Below, one piece after another: positions 10,970-21,950 of a stretch of DNA of 64,000 nt. The notes beneath the pieces were generated by a model, which worked only from the letters and a program-made list of their open reading frames with translations, did not search any database and was not told the DNA's origin. How positions within the stretch are numbered: the stretch's first letter is position 1; each line of letters begins with the position of its first letter. The stretch comes from Strigamia acuminata. Taxonomy: Eukaryota. The stretch is from NCBI GenBank assembly GCA_949358305.1, contig OX442314.1, positions 24,924,001-24,988,000 on the forward strand, read 5' to 3'. A program made the position numbers and the translations under genes.

Positions 10970-11043
10970 GGCGCCGTGGCTTAGTTGGTTAAAGCGCCTG
11001 TCTAGTAAACAGGAGATCGAGAGTTCGAATCCCTCCGGTGCCT
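10970..11043 (+). tRNA. tRNA-Thr(AGT)
   Basis: Same cloverleaf; T stem GAGAG/CCCTC with one A-C mismatch; downstream T-run. Confidence 0.92.
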
Positions 11044-11507
11044 GCCATGTGATTTCTTTTTTCTTTTTTAATTCGAATTTTTAAATAAATTTTTTTTCTA
11101 AAATTTTTTTGTACATTTTTGAATCATAATTTTTTTTTATGTTGTACATTTTTTAAATTAATTTTTATTTTATGTTTTTAATTTTTTTGTATACTCAATT
11201 GAAATCAGCCAAACCCTAACCCTAACCCTTCCCGGCCACTAACACCATAAGCTCAACTAGCAAATAAAATAATTTAACGATTTTAAGCAAACATTCAATT
11301 GTTGTATTCACAATAAATAAAGCAATAAACCACACGCAAATTCGGAGAAACAAGATACAGAATCTCCAGATAAAGACGTTTGCACAAATCCACACGTGAT
11401 TTCATCGTATTGATCAATAAACCAATGAAATTCAAGCTCAGAACCCACCAACAAAATATTTTGATTTATCGACAATGTATTTTATTATCGTAGCACGAAT
11501 CCAACAT

Positions 11508-11581
11508 GGCGCCGTGGCTTAGTTGGTTAAAGCGCCTGTCTAGTAAACAGGAGATCGAGAGTTCGAATCCCTCCGGTGCCT
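11508..11581 (+). tRNA. tRNA-Thr(AGT)
   Basis: Identical to 10970..11043; downstream T-run. Confidence 0.92.
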
Positions 11582-12085
11582 GCCGTGTAAATATTTTTTT
11601 TTCACTGAAAAAACAAAACATAATTGATTTGTATATATTTTTTCTTTTATTTTTCCCCTCCAACATCCTGGTTACTACAAACAAAATCAATCGAATGACC
11701 GAGATTTATTTAACCTTTTATTGATCAGACTTTGTTCTAAATTATATTTATAATAACAACAACGCCATTTAATTTTTTTACATTTTATTTTACAATCGTC
11801 AAGATAATATACACTGCTTACAAAAATAATTTTCACTTTTATTAAATACATTATCTACAAATGTTTAAGTACCCTCGGTATTAATATTAATAATAATAAT
11901 ATTAGTCTCACATAAAACAGTATATACAACATTAATAAATGTCAAAAAGAAAAACAAAAAAAACCTGCAAATTTGTATATTATAGCTATATATATATATA
12001 TATAATGTATATGTTATGAATTAATTATATAAATCACAAATTATCAATTTAAACCAATACTATCACATTCTAATTCCAATTCATA

Positions 12086-13526
12086 TCAGCTATCCTTCTG
12101 CCTCAAGTGAGTCATCAATCGTTTGAGCTGTTCGTACGTTATCCACATGCAAATATTCCACGATACAAATCGATAAAAGTTTGGCACAAATCTAAAAATA
12201 AATTTAAAACATTAAAAATAAATTTTTTTTAAAAAAAAAAAAAATTTTTTTTTTTTATATACCCTTTATAAAATGCCTTGACGCCGCCTTCGTGGAAGAT
12301 TCTCACCGTGCAATCGATAGCACCTTTATATTGACCCTGACGCGAGTTCATAAAGCGTGTTTTCATTACGTCGACTGGTGACGCAATCACGGTCGTGCAG
12401 AAGCCCGCAGCCACCGCTGAGACGAAGTGACACGGAACGTTGTCTTCCATTAATTTATAGTTGATGATATTCTCCTTGATTACGTCGTAACAAACTATTT
12501 CCGCCACATTCACGATTGCATTTCTCGCCATGTTTGGAATAATACCTAAGAAAAAAAATCCAAAAAAATAAAATATATAATTTTTTTTTTTTTTTTATAA
12601 ATATATAAAAAAAAAATTTTTTTTAAAAAATAGAAAAAAAATTTTTTACCTTTCCACAAGCCTTTAACTCCTTCTTCGGTAACAATGGTACGATATGCGT
12701 TAAATGTGCTAGTGTATCGTCCTTGCCCTAAACTGCGATTTTGAGCCTGCATTCGCACTTTGACCACGTCGGTCGGTTGAGCGCAAGCAACGGCCGTGCA
12801 ACCGGTCGTAATTCCTGCTAAAACTCGAACTGCGATATTCGAAGCTGTTCCAGCATCAGCTACATGAAATTAATAAAAATTTAAATTAAAATTTAATTTT
12901 TTTTTTTTTTTTTTAAATTACAATTTAATAAACCGATGTAAAATCGTTTGACGTTGTCGTATAACCCAATTCGGATGGACGCAAAACACATTTGGCGTTG
13001 CAAACCGGCGTTTAAACCGTTGTAAAGACTCAATGGTCCTTCCTGTTTGCTCATTGTAATAATCGTGCCAAACAAACCGCGGTATTTTAATGTCGTGGCA
13101 CCGCTTGTCGCCACGGAACCTTCGCCTTGGATCTGAAATGGATTTACGAACATTAATTGTCAAATTAAAAATGAAAAAAATAATAAAAATAAAAAAAATA
13201 ATAAAAAAAATAATAAATTTTTTTCTTTAGGAGATTTCACTTTTTTTTTTATTAAGGCGACCTTTTATACCTGAAAAACTGGCCAATCCAGCATGACTTG
13301 ACTTTGACCAACTGACCCATTTAACCAGTTTTTTTTTCTTTAAATCGATTTGTTTATACTTGAAAACTCGTTTAAAAGGCTCACTTTTCCTGCATGAAGA
13401 GTTTTATACCTGTAAACGGACTTTGGCCGTGTCCAGCGGGAAAGTAAATGCGTCTGCGATGCACGCTGCGGTGCCGGCACTGAGAAATTTCGCAGCTAAA
13501 TTCGGTTCGACTGTCGTTGGATTCAT
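12086..13526 (-). CDS. UCP2: Mitochondrial uncoupling protein, UCP2/UCP3-like (SLC25), 308 aa; exons 13410-13526, 12922-13132, 12650-12859, 12263-12545, 12086-12191
   Basis: [102 protein letters not shown]; three carrier signature motifs. Symbol denotes closest recognised type, not proven one-to-one orthology. Confidence 0.93.
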
Positions 13527-14769
13527 CGTGACTCTAAATTAAATTTAAAAAAAAAATAATTTAATTAATTTATTTATTCATTTTTGTATAAAAATAAAGA
13601 AAATGATTCATAGATCTTTTTGTTTATTAATTTATTCAGTTGTCGCGATCGTTTGTGCAAAGCTGTAAAGTTGAATAATTGACGCGCATAATGCAAATGA
13701 CAAGCACGCCGCCATTAATAAATCATCTTCGATGACGCAATGACTCACCCACGTCACGTGACAAAACGAATCGGTCAAAGTTTGGTTTTTTAATAGATCA
13801 ACAATGAACGGTGAAATTTCAATGCGAAAGTGGCGCGATTCAGCGATATTTTTAGGGTCGTTCATGCAATCTTCATTTTTTTTACTGTTATTGGAATTCT
13901 GCCAATATCTAATTTTACCACCTAGGAGAAGAAAATCCCATGACTAGGAGCAATTCTGACCATTTTACCGATTTATCGATGCACGAATGAGAGTTTGGAA
14001 TCGATCGGTCCATTTCCCGTCCATTAATTAATCAGATGCCTAAAAACCGGTTTTATTTTCATTTTTGTTTAAAAAAAAATTAAATTACGGCAAATTATAT
14101 GAAATTAAACTAAATTCATCAGTTATAAATAATAAAATGTACGTAAAATGAGATGGGAAACGATAATTCAAAGCTCCGGTTGCCTGGAATGTGTAAAGTC
14201 TAACAAACACGTTGAATACCAGACAAATGTATCGATTGGGATAGAGACGAGTGAAATGTCAAAAATCCCATTCGCGTCATTGGGAATTTTGCCGACAGAC
14301 GGAAATTTCTAGATACCGACCGACTCCCGCGTTAAATTTTCCGGAGAAGAAAAAAATATCATTTTGAAATTTTTGTCTATGAAATACGTGTCTAAAACCG
14401 AGATAAATATGTCAGCTTACCGTGGATGTGAAAGATGAAAACGACTTGTAAGTATACCTCGCTTCTGTAAGATGGTGACAGAGACATGGGATAAATATCT
14501 ACATTTGCCACCAATCGTGTCACTCGAGTTAGATGGGTGTGGTCGGATGAGCCAATCACACGCCTTGGTTTGTTTTGGCCCTCTTTACGTCACGACTGAA
14601 ACCGAGATGTTGAATGACGTAAAGGAATAAAGGTGAAAAAAAAACCGGAAGAATGCGTGCAAGACCAGAAATAATTAATTTTTTTATTTCCCCGAAATAT
14701 TTTACTATAAATAAAATAAAACTTGAATCAAAGTCTCAAAATTTGTCGAAATTTCGGGCCAGATGAATC

Positions 14770-15151
14770 CGAGGTGGGAGCCAAGAATCGCAAAAATCGC
14801 AAAATTTGTATACGAGAATTTTAAATCTGTTAAATCTTGCAGATTTAAAGATTTAAGACGGATTTCTAAAAAGATTTTGCTGGAATTTGCTTGAATTTAC
14901 GAGACAATTCCTAAGATTTTATTGATTTCTAAGATTTCAAACAATTTCGGGAATTTCAGAGATTTGTAAGATTTTGAAGATTTACTAAAGATTTCAGTGA
15001 TTCGCTATTGATTTGAAGATTTCAGGATTTTCGGCGGATTCATTTGCTCGAATTAGCTACAATAATAACCGAGACAATTCATATACATTCATGGGATTTC
15101 ATGGATTTCGAAATCAAAATCTTGGCCTACACGAGATTTCCATTCCCCTCG
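14770..15151. mobile_element. Putative MITE
   Basis: Flanking 8-bp direct repeat GATGAATC (14762..14769, 15152..15159); termini CGAGG/CCTCG with subterminal GCCAAGA/TCTTGGC; interior of degenerate AGATTT repeats. Confidence 0.6.
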
Positions 15152-15275
15152 GATGAATCAATCCTTATTCGGAATCAAATTACGTTACCATAATAATAAT
15201 ATTTCCAGTTTCACGCTCGTGTCGAGCGAGGTCGCTGCATTCCACCTTCAAATTCACACGCACACTTCAGCTAAC

Positions 15276-16237
15276 ATGGCGGCTTTGCGCCAGACACCTC
15301 TTACATGTAGCGGGCATACACGACCCGTCGTCGACTTAGCTTTCAGCAAAATAACTCCGTTTGGCTATTTCCTCATTTCTGCATGTAAAGGTAACTACTC
15401 CCAACACCTTTCCACAACAAACACATCGAACTGACTGCGCAAACATGACAGATGTTAAGCCTACTATGCAAACTACGTGCCGCACGAACGAAAAAATGCG
15501 CGAAAAATTGAAAAAAAATACGAAAAAAAAAATATTTCTACCACCAAATTAATTATTTTTTCCATTCATTTCCACAGATGGCAAACCCATGTTACGCCAA
15601 GGTGACACCGGTGATTGGATCGGCACTTTCTCGGGCCATAAAGGCGCAGTTTGGGGTGTCGCTTTGAACTCCGACGCCACTAAAGCTGCCACAGCTGCGG
15701 CCGATTTCACTGCTAAGGTTGAGAATAACGAGCAAATTGATCGATAGTCAGTGCCGTAGCAAGAAGTGAATGGGCAGGAGTGCAATTTGGGGTTTAGCAG
15801 CGCCGTAGCTGGGATTTTGTTGCTATTTTTGTCCTCCACGGGCCCCCTAGGCTCGTGGGCCCGTGTCAAGTGCACGCGCTGCAGCGCCGATTGCTACGCC
15901 ATTGTCGGTGGTTGTTGGATCGTGATTAATCGTTTGTTGTTTCAGGTTTGGGATGCAATTTCGGGAGAGGAGCTGTGCACGTTTGCTCACAAACATATAG
16001 TGAAGAGTGTTGACTTTTCATTAGACGGCAATTATTTATTAACTGGGAGTAATGAAAAAGTGCTGAAGATATTCGACTTAAATCAACCGTTGGCCGAGGC
16101 TGGGAATTTCGTCGGGCATACGTCGACCATAAGGCGTGCGGTGTTCTTGCATAGCACTAACCAGATCGTTAGTGCGGCGGACGATAAAACTGTTCGGTAA
16201 AGTGCGGTGTGCAGAGATTGGGGAAATTTTGTAATTT

Positions 16238-16268
<31 letters not shown>

Positions 16269-17183
16269 GGTTATGGGATCGTAATACTCGGCTAGAAATT
16301 AGAAGATTAGATTTTCCGGCTAATCCAAGCACTTTAGAAGTGTCGGCTAACGGAAAACTTTTGATAGTAGCTCATGGTCATGTGGTTAGCTTTTACAAAA
16401 CAGACACGTGAGTTTTTAAAAATTATGTATATGTATATTTTTTTAATTTTTGTTTAAATTTACTTTTTTTTGTTTAAATATCATTGTTTGTGTTTAAATT
16501 TAAATTGTTGAGTTTAAATTTATATTTTTTTTTGTTTACATTTTATGTTTTGTGCTTAAATTTATATTTTTTGGTTTAAATTTATATTTTTTGGTTTAAA
16601 TTTATATTTTTTGGTTTAAATTTATATTTTTTGGTTTAAATTTAATTTTTTTTGGTTTAAATTTATATTTTTTGGTTTAAATTTAATTTTTTTGGTTTAA
16701 ATTTAATTTTTTATTTGTTTGTATTAATTGTAATTGTATTTTTTATTTATTTCTAGAATGGAGCAAGTGAAAACATTCACCATTCCGACTCAAGTTAATT
16801 CTGCTTCCATTCATCCGGGACATACAGTGTTTGTGTGCGGGGGAGAGGATTTTAAGATGTACAAGTTCGACTATGCAAATGGAACCGAATTAGGTACAAA
16901 AAAATAAATAAATAAATAAAAAAAAAAAAAAAATTTTTAACTCCAACTTAATTTTTTTTTACATATAGAATCTTTCAAAGGTCACTTTGGCCCGGTTCAT
17001 TGCGTCCGTTTCTCTCCGGACGGTGAACTATACGCGAGCGGGAGCGAAGACGGAACTCTTCGGTTGTGGCAAACGACCGTTGGCAAAACTTACGGCCTAT
17101 GGAAGTGTGTATCGGGATCGGAAACAAATACTGCATACGATACGGGCAATGGTGTTTCGCCTTCAGTAAAAGCTGAAGCTTAA
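15276..17183 (+). CDS. STRAP: Serine-threonine kinase receptor-associated protein (Unrip), WD40; exons 15276-15390, 15578-15717, 15946-16196, 16270-16407, 16757-16893, 16969-17183
   Basis: [24 protein letters not shown]...[33 protein letters not shown]...[11 protein letters not shown]...[40 protein letters not shown]. Confidence 0.97.
15740..15909 (+). ncRNA. Candidate structured RNA element in STRAP intron 2 (class unknown)
   Basis: GC-rich island with several helices found by eye, G-U pairs favouring the + strand; see findings. Confidence 0.4.
16450..16712. repeat. ~20-bp tandem repeat (GTTTAAATTTATATTTTTTG)n in STRAP intron 4
   Basis: Near-perfect units at about 16555..16710, degenerate units upstream. 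Confidence 0.9.
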
Positions 17184-17407
17184 AATGTAGTTTATTATTT
17201 AATTTACAAATTTTTCTCGAAATAAGTATCGTTATGCAGAGTTCTTTTCTATGTTTATTTAAGCTGGTACACTTGAAACAAATTAAAATTTAACATTTTT
17301 TTATATCTTCCTCGACTCATTTCCTTTATTTTCAATCCAATTACCTCCTCCTAAATTCACTTACATCGGTCTAAACTATTGTTTTCAACGCGAAAAACAT
17401 AAATTAT

Positions 17408-18331
17408 CTAGAAAAAACTTTTCTTCTTCGGCGGCGCCGGCCGGGGAGAATCGTCCGCTTCCAACAGGTAATGCGTAACACCTGGCTTGTACAGTTGTTT
17501 AGGCATCTGCAACACGAATATGATAAAAATTAAAATTTTATATTGTAATTTAAACTCGATTAAACCTACAACTGGATGTTCGTATCGGTATTTTTCGCCT
17601 AGGAGACACAAACCGACCCAAGCCACCATCGTGCCGACGAAAACTATCGCTTTAGTGCCCCTAAATCGGAACAAATTGAGTGATTTGGTGTCAAATGTTT
17701 GGATATCTCGTGTTTACTTGGTTGGGTATGTTCTTTCGTTCAGATTGAGTCGATCTTCACCGTGGGCATCGACGTCTGCGTGGATCTGGAAGGAAAAAGG
17801 AGGATTTTAGTTCGCACGTTTGTTTTTGCGTTTGATTTGTTTGCTTACAACTTCCCCGAAGTTTCGCTTTTGTCGAGGAAAATCCCAATCTGCAAAGGGG
17901 TCGCGAGCATCCCCGGAAACTACGGGCAGTTTCGGGTAATCGCCAAAACCCAAACCATCGTCCGGATAGGGTTCGTAGTCTTCCGGGAGTAATCCGTATT
18001 TCTTTGCAGCCATTGCTCGTTCCTCCGGTGTTTTTGGGTACGGGCCTGGTTTCCAGTCCTTAGTCCAATCTGTGCGATTAATAAAATAATTAATAGACGA
18101 TAAATATTAATGGTATATTTAATTTTTAATGCAATTTTTGAGTATTTGGAACACGTTTTTGAAAAAAACAAATTATGTGGAGTTAATTTCTTTTTTGGGA
18201 GAAGGAATACCCAAAGAATTGGATGCATTTAATGCCAACTTACATTGTCTCGTGGTTGATATTACGGGCACACGGGATATCAATGCATTTTTTAATGCGT
18301 TTGCTTTGAATACTGTTCTGAGGGCGGCCAT
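17408..18331 (-). CDS. NDUFB8: NADH dehydrogenase 1 beta subcomplex subunit 8; 5 exons
   Basis: Basic presequence [14 protein letters not shown]..., then [45 protein letters not shown]...[18 protein letters not shown], single TM, PVMPKQ. Confidence 0.95.
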
Positions 18332-18968
18332 GTTTGAGGCCTTTTTCAAGAGGTCGGCTAACGAGCATGCGCTTGTTAATAATATTTGTTGATTTTGATT
18401 GAAAATATTTATTAAAAATATTTTAATGTATATTTAAAAAAAAATGAAAAATACAACGAGGTTTTAAACAATTCGGATTTATTAGTTTTAAATTGTTTTT
18501 AAAAGTCGACGCGAGATGGCGTAAGCGCTAAAGTCCATTTGAAGAAAAAGAGTGTGAAAAAGCCCGAAAAAAAAGCCAGCCTCGCCGTCCGTCTTTTTGC
18601 CTTCTTATCATGCCGGTAAAAGCAGTTTAAAGAAAACACCGAGGGATTCGCTTAGAAAATAATAATTATATCGAAGGACGGTATGTTTAACGGTGTACAA
18701 TGCATAAAAACGTGATTTCAAAACGTGAAAATTAGAATACAAAGGGATTTTTCGAATTTAATTCAAACCAGGGGGACCTTGGGACAATGACCCAATTTCA
18801 AAAAAAAATCCAAAATAAAATAAATAATTCTAAATATTTTTAACAATCCGTAAACAAAATAATTAATTATTAATTCTAGAAATAGAAATCTATTTTTTTT
18901 CATAATTTTTTAATTTTTATTTAAATTTTTTAAAAAAAAATTTAGAGTTGAAGAAATAAAATGTTAAG

Positions 18969-20399
18969 ATGACCTGCAGTGGCGACTTCGAAGGCGACAT
19001 TAAAAGGCGAATGCTGGAATTGCAAGAAAAACATTTAATTCCATTGAAAGATGATTTGGCAGATTGGCTGAACAAAACATTAGGTATTTTAAACAAAAAT
19101 TCTTTTTTAGATTTTTCTTTTATAATTTAAACGACCTAATTTTAATTTATTCCATTTATTCCAGCTGTTGATTTTATCACACCAGAGAATTTTTTACACG
19201 TATTGGATAATGGCGTGATCGTGTGCAAATTAGCTCAAAGAATTCAAAGAAAAATAGAAGAAAGAAGCAGAAGAGGATCGATTCAGGAAGTAAAATAACA
19301 TTTAATTGAATTAATTATTAATATTTAATTAAATTTATTAATTATTTAGATTGTGCCCCCATTTAATTTCAAGTGTTGGGAGAATGCGAAATCAGAGTCG
19401 TTTTACGCTCGCGATAATGTGGACAATTTTTTAAAATGGTGTCGCAAATATGGAGTCCGTGAGGCGGTTTTATTTGAATCGGATGGCTTAGGTTAGTGGT
19501 GGCCATTTTTTTTAACGATTAACCAATCACGCGTGATTATCGTTTGAAATTGGACCAATGAGAATTGTTTATCGTCGAAAATAACCTTTGGGTTGATTTT
19601 CAAGTTATTTCTGTTTAACGGGAGGTTTTTGGGGTGCAAAATGGTCGATTTCGTTGTTTTTATCATTGGTCATGTTTGATTGAATGTCTAGTTCTTCATT
19701 CGCAACCACGAACTGTGGTTTTATGTCTTCTCGAGTTGGGTCGTGTAGCGTCGCGGCAAGGAATGGAGCCACCAGGGCTGATTAAACTGGAAAATGAGAT
19801 TGATGCTGAGCACGAATCGGGACAGCTTGAAAATTCATCCCGCACTTCTTCACCAGGAGCACAGGGTGATTTTGTTGCCGGGATCCCTTTGTCAGCCAGC
19901 AAAACTCGCTTAAGCGAATTGGATAAGAAGGTAAATTGAATTTATAGGAAATTTAAAACTTAAAATTATTTAAATTAATTTTTTAGGTTATTCAAGTGTC
20001 GAAATCCTGCGGTTGCACAGTTCTTCCTATTCGTCGAGTGTCCGAAGGCCGATATTACATAGCTGGTCGCACGGTTTTTGTTCGGGTGTGTTTTGACAAG
20101 ATCCTAATTAATGCACGCAAAAGAAACGTAGTTTTAGCCTCGTTGAATGCATGTCTGATCGTGATTCTCATTTAATCCACTAACAACAAACATAACCAAA
20201 CCAATTCCCCTTATTGTAGTTGCTCAAAGAAAGACACGTAATGGTTCGTGTCGGCGGTGGCTGGGAAACTTTAGAGCAGTTTTTAATCCGACATGACCCG
20301 TGCCAAGTAATCATGGTCGATGGTAAACCAACCGCAACACTCAGCGAGAACCAGCGAGTTGACGAAGAAGAGAGATTAACCAAAAAGTGGTGCAAATAA
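18969..20399 (+). CDS. GAS2: Growth arrest-specific protein 2 family (CH plus GAR domains); 6 coding exons
   Basis: [43 protein letters not shown]...[40 protein letters not shown]...FVRLL...[20 protein letters not shown]. Confidence 0.93.
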
Positions 20400-21143
20400 A
20401 TGCAATTTTTTAAAAATCACTTTAAAAAATGAATTTTTATGAGTTGTATAAATTATTATTATTATTTTTTATTGTTATTATTATTATTAATTTAAAAAGT
20501 GGATGTAAAACTTTACTACAAATGTGAAAAAAATTATTTTCGAATCTCTTTCAAGCTATTAGATGTAGAAATATTATTATTTAACTTTTTTTTTTTAAGG
20601 AAATAATTATGGGAAATATTATAAAACAGAATACTCGAAACAAGAAACATTGTTGCAGCTGTATTTAATCATTTGTAGTTAATTTTTATTGAATTATTAA
20701 GGCAGGTAATAAAGTAATATCTGTTCCAACCATAATAACACAGTTGTAGGAAATTGAAATTGGATAGAAGAGCCAAATTATGGTTAAATTATTGGACTAC
20801 AGCATTATTAGATTGTAGTCCTTGATGCAATGGATGTCTATTGTGTGTACGAAGAAATTCAATGAGTAATTTGATCTCAGGTTGCCAATTTGCAGTATTT
20901 GTTCGAAATTTAATGAATTGCACTGTTATTATACTCTTTTGTACATTTTTTTTTAAATTTCTAGTCAGTACGCTTGTTTAAATAATAAAATAATTTATAA
21001 AAATATTTTTTTGACGTTTACTTAGTTGTGACGACACAAAACGATGCAACAAGCCAACGATACCACGCCGTGCGACCATAGTTAGGTTTAGTTAGGCCGT
21101 ACACATCAATATTCACGGCGTGAAAACGCACTAGCTTCGTATC

Positions 21144-21539
21144 ATGGCCCATGCAAAATTCATTAGTAAATCAAACCGATCAGTCGATTCGAGAGACAAT
21201 AAATCTTTAGAGCTTCCCCAAGGTGGCAAAGGATTGAAGTTTGTGACCTCATGCTTTAACGACGACAGGAAAACCGTCGAATTCGGACTAAATCTCAATG
21301 GCCGTAGATTGCGTATAGTCGTGTCTCTGTACGAAATATATGAGTTTCTGCTGCTCTCGTTTGGAATGGTGTTTACATTTGCTTTAATTGTAATTACATA
21401 TAATAATATAATTAATTACGACTGTTTTGGGGTGAGAACGTTTTTAATTTCTTTGTTTTTTCTATTTATCCTATCATTTCTTCGTCCAGTTCTTTTATGC
21501 TCAAACGTAAACATATCGAGCAGTTTGTGCCGCCCTTAA
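21144..21539 (+). CDS. Possible 131-aa orphan membrane protein
   Basis: ATG-started ORF with two hydrophobic stretches; stop is directly followed by a GTAAGT...TTTCAG intron-like segment (21540..21593). No homology recognised. Confidence 0.25.
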   Translation: MAHAKFISKSNRSVDSRDNKSLELPQGGKGLKFVTSCFNDDRKTVEFGLNLNGRRLRIVVSLYEIYEFLLLSFGMVFTFALIVITYNNIINYDCFGVRTFLISLFFLFILSFLRPVLLCSNVNISSSLCRP

Positions 21540-21859
21540 GTAAGTTAAAAATTAGAGAATCGATTTTTTTTTAATGGTTGGATTTCATTTCAGGTGTTTG
21601 GGATGTTTTTTTAATGAAGCTAGTGTGTAATATAAAGATAAATATACATTTTCATCATGTGTTAGGTGTTCATACAGTCGATAAAAGCAAGAATGACCAC
21701 AACAACAATTGTGAGACGAGTAAAAATTGGATATGTTTTTAAATCAATACACAAAAATTGTAAAACTAAAATGAAGATGTACAAAAAAATAGAATTTCAT
21801 TTTGTTTCATGTTGCTCACAGTTATTTATTGTCATAATTTAAATACGAAGATCCAACCT

Positions 21860-21950
21860 CGCACGTGGGTCACTGAGCCAAGTACACTAACCAGGCCCAA
21901 TGCTGCTTAATTTTTGCGTTGAAACGGAAACAGATGATCGGCATGGTGCC
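21860..21950 (-). pseudogene. 5S rRNA-derived fragment (pseudogene or SINE3 head)
   Basis: Minus strand TAAGCAGCATTGGGCCTGGTTAGTGTACTTGG resembles the 5S internal control region TAAGCAGGGTCGGGCCTGGTTAGTACTTGG; flanks degenerate; ends approximate. Confidence 0.6.

Noticed and set aside
11211..11230. (CCCTAA)n telomere-like run
   Set aside because: Only about three units; too short to indicate a telomere or fusion site.
15718..15945. STRAP intron 2 as RNase P, RNase MRP, telomerase RNA or hammerhead ribozyme
   Set aside because: No CR-I/CR-V motifs, no CUGANGA/GAAA core and no CCUAA-type template on the transcribed strand; kept only as an unclassified structure.
15766..15945. Alternative N-terminus for STRAP from ORF 15766..16200
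   Set aside because: Starts at GTG within intron 2; the canonical spliced model is complete without it.
21053..21148. Telomerase RNA template (minus strand AACCUAAC)
   Set aside because: The motif sits in a short terminal loop with no room for a downstream pseudoknot inside the enclosing helix.
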